From: Escherichia phage ECp13
Sequence record: PP274704.1
Length of the DNA stretch: 64,000 nucleotides
Direction: 5' to 3' (one strand)
The notes under the pieces were generated by a model. The model was given only the letters and a program-made list of their open reading frames with translations, searched no databases and was not told the DNA's origin. The position numbers and the translations under genes are program-made. Shown piece by piece: positions 9,824 through 28,190 of the stretch (positions are counted from its first letter, which is position 1; the number at the start of each line of letters is the position of its first letter).

Positions 9824-10633
9824 TTAGAAACGAGATGCGACTTTCGCATATACACTTACAATATCTTCTGCACCAGGTGCAGCTTTATCTTCTACAGCTT
9901 CAGTGACGAAATTCAGTCCGGCTGCTTCAGTATCAGGAGTATTTATACTCTCAGTAATAGTGCTTTCATCTTTATTAGATTTCTTCACCATTTCTACGAT
10001 GGCACTCAATTTACTTGAGAATGCATCTGAATAATCCATACCTTCGACCAGAGCAGAGACTTTTTCTTTTTGAGACTCAGTCAGATCTTTAGTACTTTCG
10101 CTCAATGCCACTTCACGCTGCACATAATTAATATATGCGTCGCGCATATTGAGTTCTTCGAACAGACGAGCTGATTCTTCTTTATGTTCTTGCAGCTCTT
10201 CTTCCATTTCAGCTACAACATCAACTGATTCTTCTGGAACAACAACGTTGTGTTCAACAAAGAGCTCTTTTAATCCACCAAGCATGGATTCAAACAGTTC
10301 GGCTTTGATGCCTTTATCAACTGCTAATTTATTTTCAGCGAGCCATTCTTTTGCAAGATGGTCGATGAATTTAGAAGCTTGCTCAGCGATTTTCTTCTCA
10401 GCTTTTTCTTCGGCTTCTTCTTTATTTTTTTCTACTTCTTCTTCTGCTTTTTCAGCAATTTTAGCGATATGAGATTCAGCTAATTTAACGGCGTGCTGCT
10501 TGACGGTAGCTTCGAATACAGTGCCGAAAGTTTCTTTTGCTTCCGGAGAAATATTAACTGATTCGAAAATACTATCAAGAGCAACGGAAGCATCAATTTT
10601 TTGCGCTTCAGCAATCAGTTGTTCTTTAAGCAT
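9824..10633 (-). CDS. 22: prohead core scaffold protein gp22
   Basis: 269-aa acidic coiled-coil ORF; length and position match T4 gp22. Confidence 0.9.
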   Translation of the reverse strand: MLKEQLIAEAQKIDASVALDSIFESVNISPEAKETFGTVFEATVKQHAVKLAESHIAKIAEKAEEEVEKNKEEAEEKAEKKIAEQASKFIDHLAKEWLAENKLAVDKGIKAELFESMLGGLKELFVEHNVVVPEESVDVVAEMEEELQEHKEESARLFEELNMRDAYINYVQREVALSESTKDLTESQKEKVSALVEGMDYSDAFSSKLSAIVEMVKKSNKDESTITESINTPDTEAAGLNFVTEAVEDKAAPGAEDIVSVYAKVASRF

Positions 10634-10660
10634 TTTGTAGTCCTGTTGTTTAGATAATAA

Positions 10661-10668
10661 TATTTATA
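10661..10668 (-). promoter_or_regulatory. late promoter (TATAAATA) for gene 22
   Basis: tatttata on plus strand, 28 nt upstream of gene 22 start (10633). Confidence 0.6.
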
Positions 10669-11302
10669 ACGCTTTTTTCATGGCCTCTGCGAGAGCCATA
10701 TAGGCGTCATCGGCACTTGTATCGGCTTCCGCCGTCTGTGATTCGGTAATTTCCTTAGGAGTTACCCATGCATCTGGAGCACTTGGACCCCATACTGCAT
10801 CAACACCTACAGTTAATTTGAATCCTTCGTTTACGATACGATAACCTTTATTTGTGTCAGTCAATGAACCTAATCCACGAGAAGAAACTCCTGGAATCCA
10901 TCCGGCACGAATATTAGCTGCTAATTTATCTCCAGGACCATGGTCACCTTCAATAACACGAGCTCGTCCGTATACGTCATTTCCTTTCCACCACATATCT
11001 TCTATAATGATAGCGGCTTGCATCGGGTCAACATTAGCGCGTGGAGGATGATTTAATTCTCCGAGAGCTTGTTTAGTTAAAACTTGCTCATTGATATAGT
11101 CTTTTACCGCTTTTTCTAATATGCGTTTTGGATAAAGACGTTTATTTCTATTGACGACTTCCGCTTGCATGAATATTCCTTCGATGTATAAACCAGGTTT
11201 TAAACCGAGGTCTTTTCCATCATGAGATTCAAGCATTGGCACGCCATCAATAATTTCGCCAGGTTGACCCCAAGTTTCAATTAGTAATTGGGGTTCATTC
11301 AT
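10664..11302 (-). CDS. 21: prohead protease gp21
   Basis: 212-aa ORF, same length as T4 gp21; between 68 and 22. Confidence 0.9.
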   Translation of the reverse strand: MNEPQLLIETWGQPGEIIDGVPMLESHDGKDLGLKPGLYIEGIFMQAEVVNRNKRLYPKRILEKAVKDYINEQVLTKQALGELNHPPRANVDPMQAAIIIEDMWWKGNDVYGRARVIEGDHGPGDKLAANIRAGWIPGVSSRGLGSLTDTNKGYRIVNEGFKLTVGVDAVWGPSAPDAWVTPKEITESQTAEADTSADDAYMALAEAMKKAL

Positions 11303-11727
11303 TAGCTTAATCCTAATGCTTTACGGCGTTTAAGAGCTTTTTTACGCTTACGCTGAGCACGAGATTGACCTGCTGGATTGGCAATCTTCGTTTTGGTAGC
11401 TTTGCGAGCAATTTGTCTACGTTTTGCTTTAGACAGCCCGGTGGTTTGAAATGCATTACGTTCACGCGTTTTGCGGTCTTTGGTACGTGTAATTTCACCA
11501 CGAGCAGAAACATGTTTAACGATGAATTCATTTAGCGGCATATCTTCATTAATAGAAGCTAATGCAATCGCTAAATCAGTTTCATCATCAAGCATATTCT
11601 CGACAATTGTATTTATATCGTCTTTATTTAAAGCAGAAGACAATTCGTCAAAGCGACCCTGTGCTTCAGGAATAAGTGCTTCGACATTCTCGAGAACCAA
11701 TTCATGAGTTTCAGGGATCAGAAGCAT
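11302..11727 (-). CDS. 68: prohead core protein gp68
   Basis: 141-aa ORF with basic C-terminus; length matches T4 gp68. Confidence 0.85.
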   Translation of the reverse strand: MLLIPETHELVLENVEALIPEAQGRFDELSSALNKDDINTIVENMLDDETDLAIALASINEDMPLNEFIVKHVSARGEITRTKDRKTRERNAFQTTGLSKAKRRQIARKATKTKIANPAGQSRAQRKRKKALKRRKALGLS

Positions 11728-11974
11728 TATTCATCATCCTCGTCTTCGTCAGAGTCTTTGTCTTTTTTGTCGTCTTTATCATCGCTATCTTCATCATCCT
11801 CGTCTTCGTCATCATCCTCATCATCAGGTTCTTCACCTTCGATTAAGAAATTGCGAGCGATAGCGATTTTTTCTTCTTTAATTAAATCAATCGTTCTTGC
11901 AGCCATGGCTTCAGCAAATAATTTACGAGCGGCTACGAGGTCGTTTGATTTAATAGCTTCAATTAAACCTTCCA

Positions 11975-11975
<1 letters not shown>
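11727..11975 (-). CDS. 67: prohead core protein gp67
   Basis: 82-aa ORF ending in a long Asp/Glu tract; matches T4 gp67 position and character. Confidence 0.85.
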
Positions 11976-13600
<1,625 letters not shown>

Positions 13601-13632
13601 TTAAGCAGGATGGGGATTTCTCCCCATTCATT

Positions 13633-14124
13633 TTATTCCCAATAATCGAGAGCGAGAGTTACTTCAAAGGTTTGGATTTCATTGTTTGAATCCCAATCTA
13701 ACTGAAGTTCACCCACGTTAGTAGGCCACAGGCCTTTAATTTCGACTTCTTTTGTTACAGTTTTAGCGTCACGAGCATATTGGCGAACAACAGCGCTCTT
13801 TTTATACTCTGCTGGTTTTCCACCAGTAATTTCGTTCCCCTGCCCAGCGGCAATGCTTTGCCAATCAACAAACTTCTGACGAGCATCATGTGCCTCATCG
13901 TTCATTACTGTAACAGTCCAGTCATCGAATGTACGATCGCCTGCTACGTTAATTTTACGGTTCATAAATCCGACTGGAATTTTTTCTACAATACCAGCTG
14001 GTAAAGCAGTGGCTTTACATTGAAACGTAAAATTTTGTCCAAGATAAGAAATTTCTACTTGGAATAAGTTAGGTCGAGCAAAATCACCAGATTCAAACGC
14101 TCGTGTTACATCATCTACAAACAT
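13633..14124 (-). CDS. 19: tail tube protein gp19
   Basis: 163-aa ORF, length identical to T4 gp19. Confidence 0.92.
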   Translation of the reverse strand: MFVDDVTRAFESGDFARPNLFQVEISYLGQNFTFQCKATALPAGIVEKIPVGFMNRKINVAGDRTFDDWTVTVMNDEAHDARQKFVDWQSIAAGQGNEITGGKPAEYKKSAVVRQYARDAKTVTKEVEIKGLWPTNVGELQLDWDSNNEIQTFEVTLALDYWE

Positions 14125-14138
14125 ATTAGCCTCTGTAG

Positions 14139-14146
14139 TATTTATA
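14139..14146 (-). promoter_or_regulatory. late promoter (TATAAATA) for gene 19
   Basis: tatttata on plus strand, 15 nt upstream of gp19 start codon. Confidence 0.65.
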
Positions 14147-14196
14147 TCCCTATGTTTAACCTAGGCATATAGAATTAAAGAATTAAGGATATAGTG

Positions 14197-14204
14197 TATT
14201 TATA
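14197..14204 (-). promoter_or_regulatory. second TATAAATA motif preceded by hairpin, just downstream of the HNH ORF
   Basis: tatttata at 14197-14204; GGCCTG-ccgaaa-CAGGCC hairpin at 14206-14223 lies between the HNH stop and this motif. Confidence 0.45.
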
Positions 14205-14230
14205 TGGCCTGCCGAAACAGGCCTTTAGAA

Positions 14231-14848
14231 TCATTCTAGTAAATCCCAAAGATCTACACTATTTCTTTTTGATTTTTCTCGGTTAGATTCCCAAGTGATT
14301 ATTTCTAAATTATTAATACCGCCAATTATTTCAGCAGGAATTAAATTATCAAAACCGTATTTGATAGATACCTTATGATCAAGTTGGTAAGCACCTTTTG
14401 TACCGCACACTCCTATTTTATCAGCATTTGGCCATTTTGACCAAATTTTCTTATGCTTACGAGTTTCTTTATATACCAATGAAATATATTCACGCATTTC
14501 AGATTTATTTGGGTTCCATCTTGGATGATTTACGCCATGCATACATTCTACTGTTTTTCCTTTATTCGCGGAACCATATGAATTATTGCGCATTTTATCT
14601 TTATGACGGCAATCACGACAAATATCAGTGTTTCTTCCAATGCGTTGGTTATATTCAATTCCACATTTATCGCAACGGCATTTTACATACGCGGTATTAC
14701 CTTTAATGTCTTCAACTTTAACATCAATTTCATAATACCTAAATCCATGTTTAACCGCTCCAAGAGGTGTTAATTTATAACCCTTTGATTGATAATGTTT
14801 AAAATTTGATGGTACAATTTTCACTTTAACAAACTTAGAAATAATCAC
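14231..14848 (-). CDS. freestanding HNH-family endonuclease with N-terminal Zn-ribbon (putative homing endonuclease)
   Basis: 205-aa ORF with GTG start and GAGGAA RBS; CxxC...CxxC region (CRCDKCG...CRDCRH) then HNH/HNN-like core (YQLDHKVSIKYGFDNL...GGINNLEIITWESNREK); AT-rich relative to flanking genes 18 and 19. Confidence 0.7.
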   Translation of the reverse strand: MIISKFVKVKIVPSNFKHYQSKGYKLTPLGAVKHGFRYYEIDVKVEDIKGNTAYVKCRCDKCGIEYNQRIGRNTDICRDCRHKDKMRNNSYGSANKGKTVECMHGVNHPRWNPNKSEMREYISLVYKETRKHKKIWSKWPNADKIGVCGTKGAYQLDHKVSIKYGFDNLIPAEIIGGINNLEIITWESNREKSKRNSVDLWDLLE

Positions 14849-14859
14849 TTGTTTCCTCG

Positions 14860-14880
14860 AGAATAGGGCCGAAGCCCCAT
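14860..14880 (-). terminator. hairpin after gene 18
   Basis: GGGC-cgaa-GCCC palindrome between gp18 stop (14887) and the HNH RBS. Confidence 0.4.
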
Positions 14881-14886
14881 AATCAA

Positions 14887-16866
14887 TTAACCTGCAAGAC
14901 CAGTTAACTCATCGAAGTCTGCACCAGTAGCAGTTGCGACGAAATTCAAAGTAATATAATTTATACTGCGCGCCGGTTGGATGTAGAATGTTGCAACAAA
15001 CTCATTTCTATCAATTACTGACGGAGTGTTATTTGTTGTATCGCAAACTACACGATATTCATAAATTCCACCGAGAGCTTTAATTCCCTGCAAGTACTGG
15101 GAAGTTTCTGTGCGGAATGATGAACGAGTAAACGCGTTGTTTAATTCGAACAAACGATATTTTGAACTACGTCCGATATTCGTTTTCAACATATTAAACA
15201 GACGACGAACGTTAATACGATCAAATGGAGAAGGAACAGAAGTAGCTGTTTTATCACCATATAATACGTAACCATCACCACCTGTACCAGTTACTGGGTT
15301 GATAGCTTCTTGATATAAACGGTCGCGCTGAGCTTGGCGAGTTTCAATAGCAAGTTTAATAACGTTCAAAATTTGGCCACGATTATAACCAGCTGGAGAC
15401 ATCCAAGTCTGAGAAATGTTATCTGTTCTTGCGCATAAACCAGCAATATCAGCTGCTAATGGAACCCAACGATTTACATCATTATATTTGTCATACTGAT
15501 ACTTGTAGTTACCATCAATTGCTGCGTAGGTTGAACTGATATTAAAGTTATTATCAGTGTATGAACCTGCTGCGGTTCTCCAGTTGACTAAGTTATCAAC
15601 AGCACGAGTTACAGGAATTCCAACTACAGTTTCACGCGGTGGCGAGCACAGTACTAAGCAATCTTGGCGAGCATCCCCAATTGAAACGACGTGTTTTTGG
15701 ACAGTAGATGCTGTTTCTAAAGATTCACCGGCGCAAGAACCCGCAATAAACAACTGAACATCAACAGATTCGCGGTCAGCAAAGAAGTCCCAAGCTTCCA
15801 TCAAATCTCCTGCTGTTACTTCAGCATTTGACGATAATCCACCAGACAGAGTTAAAATTCCAGAGAAGCCTTCTGGCCAGTTTTGTGCAGTTGCAAAAAT
15901 ATATTCTGAACCGCCTTTTGCGAAAAAGTCATCAATGTAGATGTTACTATCGTAAATATCTTTTTCACCACGTTTTGTTGAAAGAACAACGCTTTGAACA
16001 ATAGCATCATTGCGACGAACTATAATAGCGTATTGTGAATCAGTTTGTGGTCCATATCCAAACACTGCTTTGGCAGTAGATGCACGTGTTCCGCCACCTG
16101 GATAAATCGGCAGTAATGCAGAAGCCCCTTTTGCGTAGTCAGCTTTAGATACAATTTCAATTTCAATTTTATCGCCCAACTCGCCTGGATAAAGAGCTAC
16201 TACTCCTGGAATTCCATATTTTTCGAGATTTGCCTGAAAGTCAACAGCTGTCATAGCAGCTTCGGCATTTTCAATTTCAGCTAATAAAATACCAGAATCA
16301 GTAATAATTTTTCCAAGAGTTATTACTGCAGCTAAACCAGATGAAGACGAAGAAATTTCCGCGGTCCAGTTAGAACCTAATTCTGGATATTCGCCTACTT
16401 CTTTCGCTTTAGCGATAATTTTTGCGGTAGGAATATTAATTTTCTTAATTTTTCCATCAGCATCTACTTCGGTAACTTTACATTCTGTTTCAACATCTTC
16501 TGAAACATACTTAACCGTGATTTTATCTCCAACCGCGTAGTTACTACCTGGTGTAGAAATAGTGTATTCAATATTACCGGCAATCGGAGATGAGTTTTTA
16601 GCGGTATCTCTATCGACAGCACGCACAACTCGCAAATCATTTCCGTATTGTAAGAAATTCATTGCAGACATAAAATAGTCAGCAGTTTCAGCTGTAGGTT
16701 GACCAAAAGTATTAACTAAATCTACTTCATTTGTAACCTGTTTAATTTGAAAAGCAGGACCCCACTGGAATTTACCGGCCAAAGCTGCTGTACCAGTAGA
16801 GTTATTAACCACGGTGCTTTGAACCGTAGTTTCTTTGAGCTCAATGCCCGGAGATAATAAAGTCAT
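14887..16866 (-). CDS. 18: tail sheath protein gp18
   Basis: 659-aa ORF, length identical to T4 gp18. Confidence 0.95.
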   Translation of the reverse strand: MTLLSPGIELKETTVQSTVVNNSTGTAALAGKFQWGPAFQIKQVTNEVDLVNTFGQPTAETADYFMSAMNFLQYGNDLRVVRAVDRDTAKNSSPIAGNIEYTISTPGSNYAVGDKITVKYVSEDVETECKVTEVDADGKIKKINIPTAKIIAKAKEVGEYPELGSNWTAEISSSSSGLAAVITLGKIITDSGILLAEIENAEAAMTAVDFQANLEKYGIPGVVALYPGELGDKIEIEIVSKADYAKGASALLPIYPGGGTRASTAKAVFGYGPQTDSQYAIIVRRNDAIVQSVVLSTKRGEKDIYDSNIYIDDFFAKGGSEYIFATAQNWPEGFSGILTLSGGLSSNAEVTAGDLMEAWDFFADRESVDVQLFIAGSCAGESLETASTVQKHVVSIGDARQDCLVLCSPPRETVVGIPVTRAVDNLVNWRTAAGSYTDNNFNISSTYAAIDGNYKYQYDKYNDVNRWVPLAADIAGLCARTDNISQTWMSPAGYNRGQILNVIKLAIETRQAQRDRLYQEAINPVTGTGGDGYVLYGDKTATSVPSPFDRINVRRLFNMLKTNIGRSSKYRLFELNNAFTRSSFRTETSQYLQGIKALGGIYEYRVVCDTTNNTPSVIDRNEFVATFYIQPARSINYITLNFVATATGADFDELTGLAG

Positions 16867-16894
16867 TTTTAATCCTCTTTAATATGCTTTAATA

Positions 16895-20035
<3,141 letters not shown>

Positions 20036-20076
20036 GATTTCTCCTAATCTGGGCTTTAATTAGTTTATAATATTTA

Positions 20077-21778
<1,702 letters not shown>

Positions 21779-21809
21779 TTAAAAATCCTTTGGGCCTTGC
21801 GGCCCCATG

Positions 21810-23267
21810 TTATGCTGGTGATAAAAAGGTAGAAAGTAATACCCATTCGCCGTCTTTACGAACGTAAGCTTGACCATCTTTTGGAGCTTCAGGAATATAA
21901 CCTGCTTCCTGTAAAGTCTGAACATCCGCCTGTAATGAAGATACATTACTTTTAATACTACGCATTTCTTGATTAATAGAAGAAATGTTAGTTTCATTAG
22001 CTTTTATTGAATTAGTTAATCCACGTTCTTCGACAGTTGAACCATTTGGATTTGTTCCATTTACTAATTTATTTAATGTTACAACCTGTCCTTTAATTCC
22101 GGAATTGTTATTACCAATTTCAACTTGCAAGTTTTGAACATCATTATTCAGTCTATTAACGGAAGTTTCAACAGTTGAAACTCTATTTAAAAGAGACCCA
22201 GGAGGAGAAGGTTGTCCACCGCTAGAATCAGTTCCAACAATTTGGTTTAACCACGAAACGTTTGCTCGTAGTCCAGATGAAGTGTTTTCACCTACAATTC
22301 CATTTAAAGACTCAATAGAGGTAGTATTATCTTTAATTTGACCTTTAATACTAGAAGGAATATCATCTGAGCCAATTGATGTTTCAATGACAGTTAATCG
22401 CTGTTTAACACCTCCGCTTTTATTTAGCTCATCAGTTAAAGCTGAAATTTCTCGTGTATTAGTGTTAACATCTGTGATTATTGAAGTATTTCCTGGATAT
22501 CCAATAGAAGTTTTGATAGATTTAATTTCGGAATTAAGATTAATTTGTGATTGATCTAAATTATGCACACGTGAATATATACTTTCACTAAATGAAGGTG
22601 GTCTTTGTCCTAATTCCTGTCTAAGATTTCCTACTTCGATTGTAAGCGAACCTACATCAGATTCAATAAATTTTTCTTCTAAATCACTTAGACGTATTCC
22701 TTGGGAAGTTATAGCATCTGTGTTATTAATAATACGATGCTTCATTCCCGTGCTGGTATTTCCTACAACAGGAAGACCATTAATATCTTGTCCAGCATAT
22801 TGTCCTAGTTCCCTTTTAATCCACAACAAATCATTTCTAATCGTTCTATAAACTGAATTTGCTTGCGAATTAAATGGGCCAATATCAGAAAGAATATTGT
22901 CAACCGTAGTATTTGTACCATTTAATATATCAGTATGTTCACTTGTGAGCGTCTTTAAACTTGATATATCATTTTTATTAACGCTGATTTGTGACAGTGC
23001 TTCTATATCTCCAGATACATCCAAAATGCCTTGAATTGTTTTAATATCTTCCTGAGATGTTTCAACAGCATCTTTAAGAATTCCTATATTTTCATCAAGA
23101 ACCTCAACATTTTTAAACACGGAAACAGTTGGTCTATTCATTGATCCATCGTTTCCATACTTAGTACTAGCTCCTAGTATTTCTTCACCATTTTTAATCC
23201 ATGAAATACGTTCCTGACCTTCGCCAGGAACGCTATCAACAAAAGGTAACTCTTTTAATTCAATCAT
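21810..23267 (-). CDS. wac: fibritin (whisker antigen control)
   Basis: 485-aa ORF of serine-rich coiled-coil segments, foldon-like C-terminus ([27 protein letters not shown]); T4 wac is 487 aa. Confidence 0.9.
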   Translation of the reverse strand: MIELKELPFVDSVPGEGQERISWIKNGEEILGASTKYGNDGSMNRPTVSVFKNVEVLDENIGILKDAVETSQEDIKTIQGILDVSGDIEALSQISVNKNDISSLKTLTSEHTDILNGTNTTVDNILSDIGPFNSQANSVYRTIRNDLLWIKRELGQYAGQDINGLPVVGNTSTGMKHRIINNTDAITSQGIRLSDLEEKFIESDVGSLTIEVGNLRQELGQRPPSFSESIYSRVHNLDQSQINLNSEIKSIKTSIGYPGNTSIITDVNTNTREISALTDELNKSGGVKQRLTVIETSIGSDDIPSSIKGQIKDNTTSIESLNGIVGENTSSGLRANVSWLNQIVGTDSSGGQPSPPGSLLNRVSTVETSVNRLNNDVQNLQVEIGNNNSGIKGQVVTLNKLVNGTNPNGSTVEERGLTNSIKANETNISSINQEMRSIKSNVSSLQADVQTLQEAGYIPEAPKDGQAYVRKDGEWVLLSTFLSPA

Positions 23268-23276
23268 TTGTAATCC

Positions 23277-24827
23277 TTAGTAATGAATTTTAATAATATA
23301 GTTTAATGATATATTCCATGGTCTAGTTTCATAACCAATTAATCCTTCACGATTAAGTGTACCAAGGGCATCTCTCGGTCCACCTAATTCAAATCCATCA
23401 TTAGTGAAGTATGAAGCATTATCCCAGTCGGCATATTTTCTAGTTCCAAGATATCCTTGATAAACGGACGCGCCAAATGGAGCTTCATGTCTTTGGTATT
23501 CTCCCCAGCCACCAGCATGTTTATGGTATGACATTTGTTGTGCCTGAACACCACCAACATGCATTCCGTCACATCCTACACCAAGTCTATCCTTCCCATA
23601 ACCATCTTGTCCGCGTTGATTTAAAATATGACCACCTGTGCCAGCTCCTCTGACGAAAAGACCTCGCATATCAGGAATGCCAGGATTATTCCAATCACCA
23701 CCAAATCTTGTTCCAACTGTGTTTCTATAATCAGGATATTGATCTCCTGACACGGTTCCACCATGGCACATAATCCAACCTGGAGGTGCAGAATCACCCG
23801 CAAACATCATAATAGTTCCAACTGGAACCCTTTCAGACGCATATCTTTCAGTGGCAACGGGTTGATCGCCATTTTTCCACATACCGCCGCGTGACCAAAT
23901 TCCATTTGCTGTAAGATGGTCTAAATTTAAAGAACCGTTAATAGTTTGTCCACCGCGAGTATTAATTACATCTGCGTTCCATGCTAATGCTCCAGAGCCA
24001 TCACCTTCGGGGGCAATACCGGCTTGCGTCGTTAATTTTACTACACCGCGCATAGAACCAGTAGCTCCTCGACCATTTAATGTTTCGCCTGTTACTGCAA
24101 CATCTCCCAAATTACTGTTAATTTCTGACTGCGTTCCTAAACGTATAACACCCTTATATTCTTGTGTTGCAACAGAATTCATAAAGGTATATGGGGAAAT
24201 TGCATATCCTTCGCGGAGAGTTCCTTGACGAGTTTGCGCAACAGTAGATAATTGAACTACACCTCTCACAGATTCTGATGCAGTATCTTCGGAAGGAGCT
24301 ATTTGTGAAATTAATTTTATTGCAAGTTTTTGCGTTTTTAATGGAGTCATTGCCGTAGTATCATCAACTCCAGCTAAAGCTGCAGGTGTAGATGATATTT
24401 TAATAACCCCGTTTGATGACTCAGACGAATATCTATTTTGGAATACATCGTCAGTATGGTATTTCAGTTTTTGCGGCGTTATTGATGAATTATTATCTGA
24501 GCCTTCTAAAGTTTCTTCATTTGTTGAATAGCGCGTTAAACCATATTTAGTTTCAGTAGCATTTGGATACAATAATCTTGTTGCTAATGTAGCGGGTGTA
24601 ACGATTTTAGAATTATTAGTTCCATCTAAAACTTCTTGCTCTGACGCAATCATTGCTATTCCTTTAACTTCCATAGTTGCATCAGGAATACCATTTACGC
24701 CAATATTACTTATTTTTGATAATGCAGACTGCACTGTCGTAACAGTGTCAGGAAAATTCGATCCTACTGGATCGAATTTAACATATTTTGATTCATTTGA
24801 TACGTGCTGATATGTATTGTTATTCAT
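23277..24827 (-). CDS. 12: short tail fibre protein gp12
   Basis: 516-aa ORF between wac and gene 11; T4 gp12 is 527 aa. Confidence 0.88.
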   Translation of the reverse strand: MNNNTYQHVSNESKYVKFDPVGSNFPDTVTTVQSALSKISNIGVNGIPDATMEVKGIAMIASEQEVLDGTNNSKIVTPATLATRLLYPNATETKYGLTRYSTNEETLEGSDNNSSITPQKLKYHTDDVFQNRYSSESSNGVIKISSTPAALAGVDDTTAMTPLKTQKLAIKLISQIAPSEDTASESVRGVVQLSTVAQTRQGTLREGYAISPYTFMNSVATQEYKGVIRLGTQSEINSNLGDVAVTGETLNGRGATGSMRGVVKLTTQAGIAPEGDGSGALAWNADVINTRGGQTINGSLNLDHLTANGIWSRGGMWKNGDQPVATERYASERVPVGTIMMFAGDSAPPGWIMCHGGTVSGDQYPDYRNTVGTRFGGDWNNPGIPDMRGLFVRGAGTGGHILNQRGQDGYGKDRLGVGCDGMHVGGVQAQQMSYHKHAGGWGEYQRHEAPFGASVYQGYLGTRKYADWDNASYFTNDGFELGGPRDALGTLNREGLIGYETRPWNISLNYIIKIHY

Positions 24828-25483
24828 GCTATTCTCTCAAAATAATAAAATACTGTAGGTTGTGTGTGACTATCTAGCGTGACAGTTTGCGCACCCAATA
24901 ATTGCCAAGTTCCATATCCGGGCTTAGAAGGAGAAATTATTTCTTGTTTGAAAGTAATTCCTTTATCAGAGTATTGTTCTAAGATATGTTCTTGGTTATC
25001 TAAATACTTAACTTGTATTTTATTTCCTATGGTAGGATGGTCTTCAAATGAATCAATTGCAATAAATTTTGCAACCATTTCCTGTAGAGCTGTTCTAACG
25101 GCACTTGTGAATTCGATTGAAGTCATTCCATTAGTAGCTTTAACAGGAATGCCAAACATGTTAACAATAACTGGGTCACCTGGTTTGGCTGAAGTATCAT
25201 TGACAGTTCCTTCAAATGACCAATAGTCTGTTTGCTGCACGCCAGTAGGAGATACGCCGCTTATATTAACTAATACAGCTCCAACTTGTTGCTCTGCCAT
25301 ATTTCTAACATCATTAATAGCTGATTCGACATTTGGGTCATAAAAACCTTTTGCTATTTGTGAAATTGTTACAGCGCCGACCGGTTGATTATTCATAACC
25401 GAAATATCATTTTTCTTAGTTCTAAAACCGAGAAAATCTGCTAAGCGGGAAATGACTCCCGCTTTATTATTAAGTAAACTCAT
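24824..25483 (-). CDS. 11: baseplate wedge/short-fibre attachment protein gp11
   Basis: ORF to 25501; ATG at 25483 (MSLLNNKAG...) gives 219 aa, the T4 gp11 length, with TAATG overlap to gene 10. Confidence 0.88.
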   Translation of the reverse strand: MSLLNNKAGVISRLADFLGFRTKKNDISVMNNQPVGAVTISQIAKGFYDPNVESAINDVRNMAEQQVGAVLVNISGVSPTGVQQTDYWSFEGTVNDTSAKPGDPVIVNMFGIPVKATNGMTSIEFTSAVRTALQEMVAKFIAIDSFEDHPTIGNKIQVKYLDNQEHILEQYSDKGITFKQEIISPSKPGYGTWQLLGAQTVTLDSHTQPTVFYYFERIA

Positions 25484-27288
25484 TATGCAATCCTTATCCA
25501 ACGATATACAGTAATAGACGGTTGAATATTACTAATATTAGCAGGAGGAGTATGTGAAGAGTTTGTTGTTGCGTAATCTTCACGATATTTTGTATATATA
25601 GGACCAGTTTCATCTGGGTCATATTGGCAACCTCCAATAATAACCGATCCATTTTCGTCTTCAATTAAAACTCTTTCGTCGGTTTTAGTTGCAGGAAGAT
25701 TTGCGTTTTCAAGCGTTACTGATGTTGTTCCAACCGTTCCACCTGCCGTATGTGAAGGATTTCCGCTAGAATCTAAATCATTATTGTTTAAAGCAAAGTT
25801 TGGATCCGTAACATCATCATTCCATCCTACTAAAACTTGTCCTTTACCAAATAATTTCCATGAACCAAATCCCATATAAGTCACCGGATTATTTGGGTTT
25901 ATAGCATTTTCATAAATTGAACCAACAGGATAAATGCTGTCGAAAATAGATGATATTGAATTATACGTTCTAGTATAAGAATCAACTTTTTCAACATTTG
26001 GCCAACCGATTTTATCAAAATCTGTTAAGGCCACATCACCAGTAACTTCAGTAGATGATCCTTTACTAACATAGCGGTCATCAGTCAATTCAATAATGTC
26101 ATCTTTTTCTAAAAGAGTTCCTAAATCGTTATTGAACCATGTTATAACGATAATGTCACCGGATTCAAATTTTCTATCAAATAAAAGACTGATAGGTTTT
26201 CCGTCTTCATATTCTATAGAATAATCGGTGTTTGATTCTTTCCATTCGCCACCAAGAGATATACATCCTTCTTGCGTATCTGAATTAGCGCCTTCGCACA
26301 AAAACAGAGGATATCCAGCTGTTCCAGCCTGCTGCTGTAAAATTCCATTAAAACGAACCTCAAGAGAGTTCGGATTAATGGGTTCACCAGGAATTAATCC
26401 AAATGCAGAAAATGGAATTGATTTCATCGCCGATAAATCAGTAACATAAATGCTTCCTTCTAAAGAAGTCTTTGATGTTAGTTTTGAATCCAGTACTTTT
26501 ATTTGGCGTCTTGTATATGAACTTCTCCATTGTGATACACCATCCATAAATGTTTCAATTTGAACAGTGTCACCAATATTACAAGGCTGTCTTAATCGAA
26601 TATTAAATCCATCAAGAGGAACTAATTCGCCTTCATTTTCGCCCGGAGAGCCAAAGTCACTGTTTTCGCTAAATACATCGCCGTAATACAATTCGTTACC
26701 ACGATGTTTTACTCTGATGTTATTGACATTATAACTAGTTCCACGGAAAATATCTAAAAAGTCAGTTTGTCCTTGAACTTCAACTAAAAATTCTTTGCGA
26801 GCTACATTACTAATATCTGAACTAATAATTTTATCAATTTGCTTATTTTTGACATACTCCCAGCGTCCTGGAGCGCAATAAACGAGCTCTAAATCACTAA
26901 ATTGAATATTAATTTCAACTGACGATGACGACCCTTTAATTGTATCTCCGGAAGCAGCTACTAAAGTAACTGGATTGATGTTCCATGTAGCGAATACGTC
27001 TCTAGCTCTAATTACCTTGTTGTAATCATTAACAGTTCCTTTAGGAAGTTGTAGTGTTACTCTCCCAGACGAAGTATTAATAGCGTATGATTTTCCCCAT
27101 TCTGCCGTTAGTGTTTGCCCAGATGAAGCATTATAAGTTTTCCAGGCACCGGCTGAATATGGAACATTCCCATCACCAAGCTCATAATAAAGTTCATCAA
27201 AGTTTTCATTTATTTTTATACCACCTTTACGCAGGTAGTCACCGGTACCATCATCAACAACATTACCGATATTAATATTTTGTTTCAT
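25483..27288 (-). CDS. 10: baseplate wedge protein gp10
   Basis: 601-aa ORF; T4 gp10 is 602 aa. Confidence 0.9.
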   Translation of the reverse strand: MKQNINIGNVVDDGTGDYLRKGGIKINENFDELYYELGDGNVPYSAGAWKTYNASSGQTLTAEWGKSYAINTSSGRVTLQLPKGTVNDYNKVIRARDVFATWNINPVTLVAASGDTIKGSSSSVEINIQFSDLELVYCAPGRWEYVKNKQIDKIISSDISNVARKEFLVEVQGQTDFLDIFRGTSYNVNNIRVKHRGNELYYGDVFSENSDFGSPGENEGELVPLDGFNIRLRQPCNIGDTVQIETFMDGVSQWRSSYTRRQIKVLDSKLTSKTSLEGSIYVTDLSAMKSIPFSAFGLIPGEPINPNSLEVRFNGILQQQAGTAGYPLFLCEGANSDTQEGCISLGGEWKESNTDYSIEYEDGKPISLLFDRKFESGDIIVITWFNNDLGTLLEKDDIIELTDDRYVSKGSSTEVTGDVALTDFDKIGWPNVEKVDSYTRTYNSISSIFDSIYPVGSIYENAINPNNPVTYMGFGSWKLFGKGQVLVGWNDDVTDPNFALNNNDLDSSGNPSHTAGGTVGTTSVTLENANLPATKTDERVLIEDENGSVIIGGCQYDPDETGPIYTKYREDYATTNSSHTPPANISNIQPSITVYRWIRIA

Positions 27289-28154
27289 TATTGAGCCACC
27301 CCGATTTTCTGCGTAGCGATAACTTTAACTGCTGCTCTCATACCGACAGTTGAAGAACTTATAGTCGCCGTTACATAATTTTCTTTAATACTAAATGTAA
27401 TATTAGCGATTTCGTCTTCTTCGGTTTCATTCCCAACCCGCATGACAGCATATTCAGAAGAAATGACCGTTGAATTAACAGTATCTACAAGAATATTTAT
27501 TTCTGCCGTTTTAATTTTTCTTCCATCTACCGATTGACAAGTAACTAGCAATTTAGCCATATTGTATTCAGTACGATGAAATAATGGAATGTCAACTGAT
27601 CCAGATGTAGAAATATTCCATGTACCTTCGGCAGGTGATTCCTTTTGGCCAAACATACTTTCAATAGAATAATTCCAAACTGACGTAGAATTATCAGATG
27701 AAATACAGCGCAAAGTAACTTTACTATATGGACTAGTTACTACTAAATTACCTGAAACACCTTTTATTGAATCAATCGCTTGAATCGTTAAAGGATTAGT
27801 AACTGATATAGATCCATTTGAGTTAATAAATTCAACGCAGTCACCAAGTTCGCCTCTTTCAATGATAACTTTAACACCTACAGTAGAGGTATCAATATCA
27901 TGCCTAGTGCCAACTTTTACTGGAGTTGCGTACTCTGCAATAGAGTGTTTTTGATAATATCCAGTAGCATGAATAATTTGGCCATCTGCTCCGGTGCCAT
28001 TTGCTACTGCCATTTTGCGCTGATCGCCAAACGCATTATAAATTGCGTTAAAATCACTATTAATTTTATTACCACCGTCGAATAAGATATCACCAGTAGA
28101 AGCGTTACCAATTTCGCCGGTATCAATCAATTTCTTTGGTTCTTGAATGAACAT
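27288..28154 (-). CDS. 9: baseplate wedge protein gp9 (long tail fibre socket)
   Basis: 288-aa ORF, T4 gp9 length. Confidence 0.9.
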   Translation of the reverse strand: MFIQEPKKLIDTGEIGNASTGDILFDGGNKINSDFNAIYNAFGDQRKMAVANGTGADGQIIHATGYYQKHSIAEYATPVKVGTRHDIDTSTVGVKVIIERGELGDCVEFINSNGSISVTNPLTIQAIDSIKGVSGNLVVTSPYSKVTLRCISSDNSTSVWNYSIESMFGQKESPAEGTWNISTSGSVDIPLFHRTEYNMAKLLVTCQSVDGRKIKTAEINILVDTVNSTVISSEYAVMRVGNETEEDEIANITFSIKENYVTATISSSTVGMRAAVKVIATQKIGVAQ

Positions 28155-28178
28155 AGCGGTTTCCTTATGAGTTTATAG

Positions 28179-28186
28179 TATTTATA
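28179..28186 (-). promoter_or_regulatory. late promoter (TATAAATA) for gene 9
   Basis: tatttata on plus strand, 25 nt upstream of gp9 start. Confidence 0.65.
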
Positions 28187-28190
28187 AAGA

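Noticed and set aside
11727-11830. Asp/Glu-rich low-complexity tract in gene 67 as a possible repeat element
   Set aside because: It is the known acidic tail of the prohead core protein, in frame and expected; not a mobile or regulatory repeat.
14398-14706. 102-aa plus-strand ORF inside the HNH endonuclease gene
   Set aside because: Antisense to the HNH ORF, Tyr/Leu/Phe-rich AT-driven translation, no RBS.
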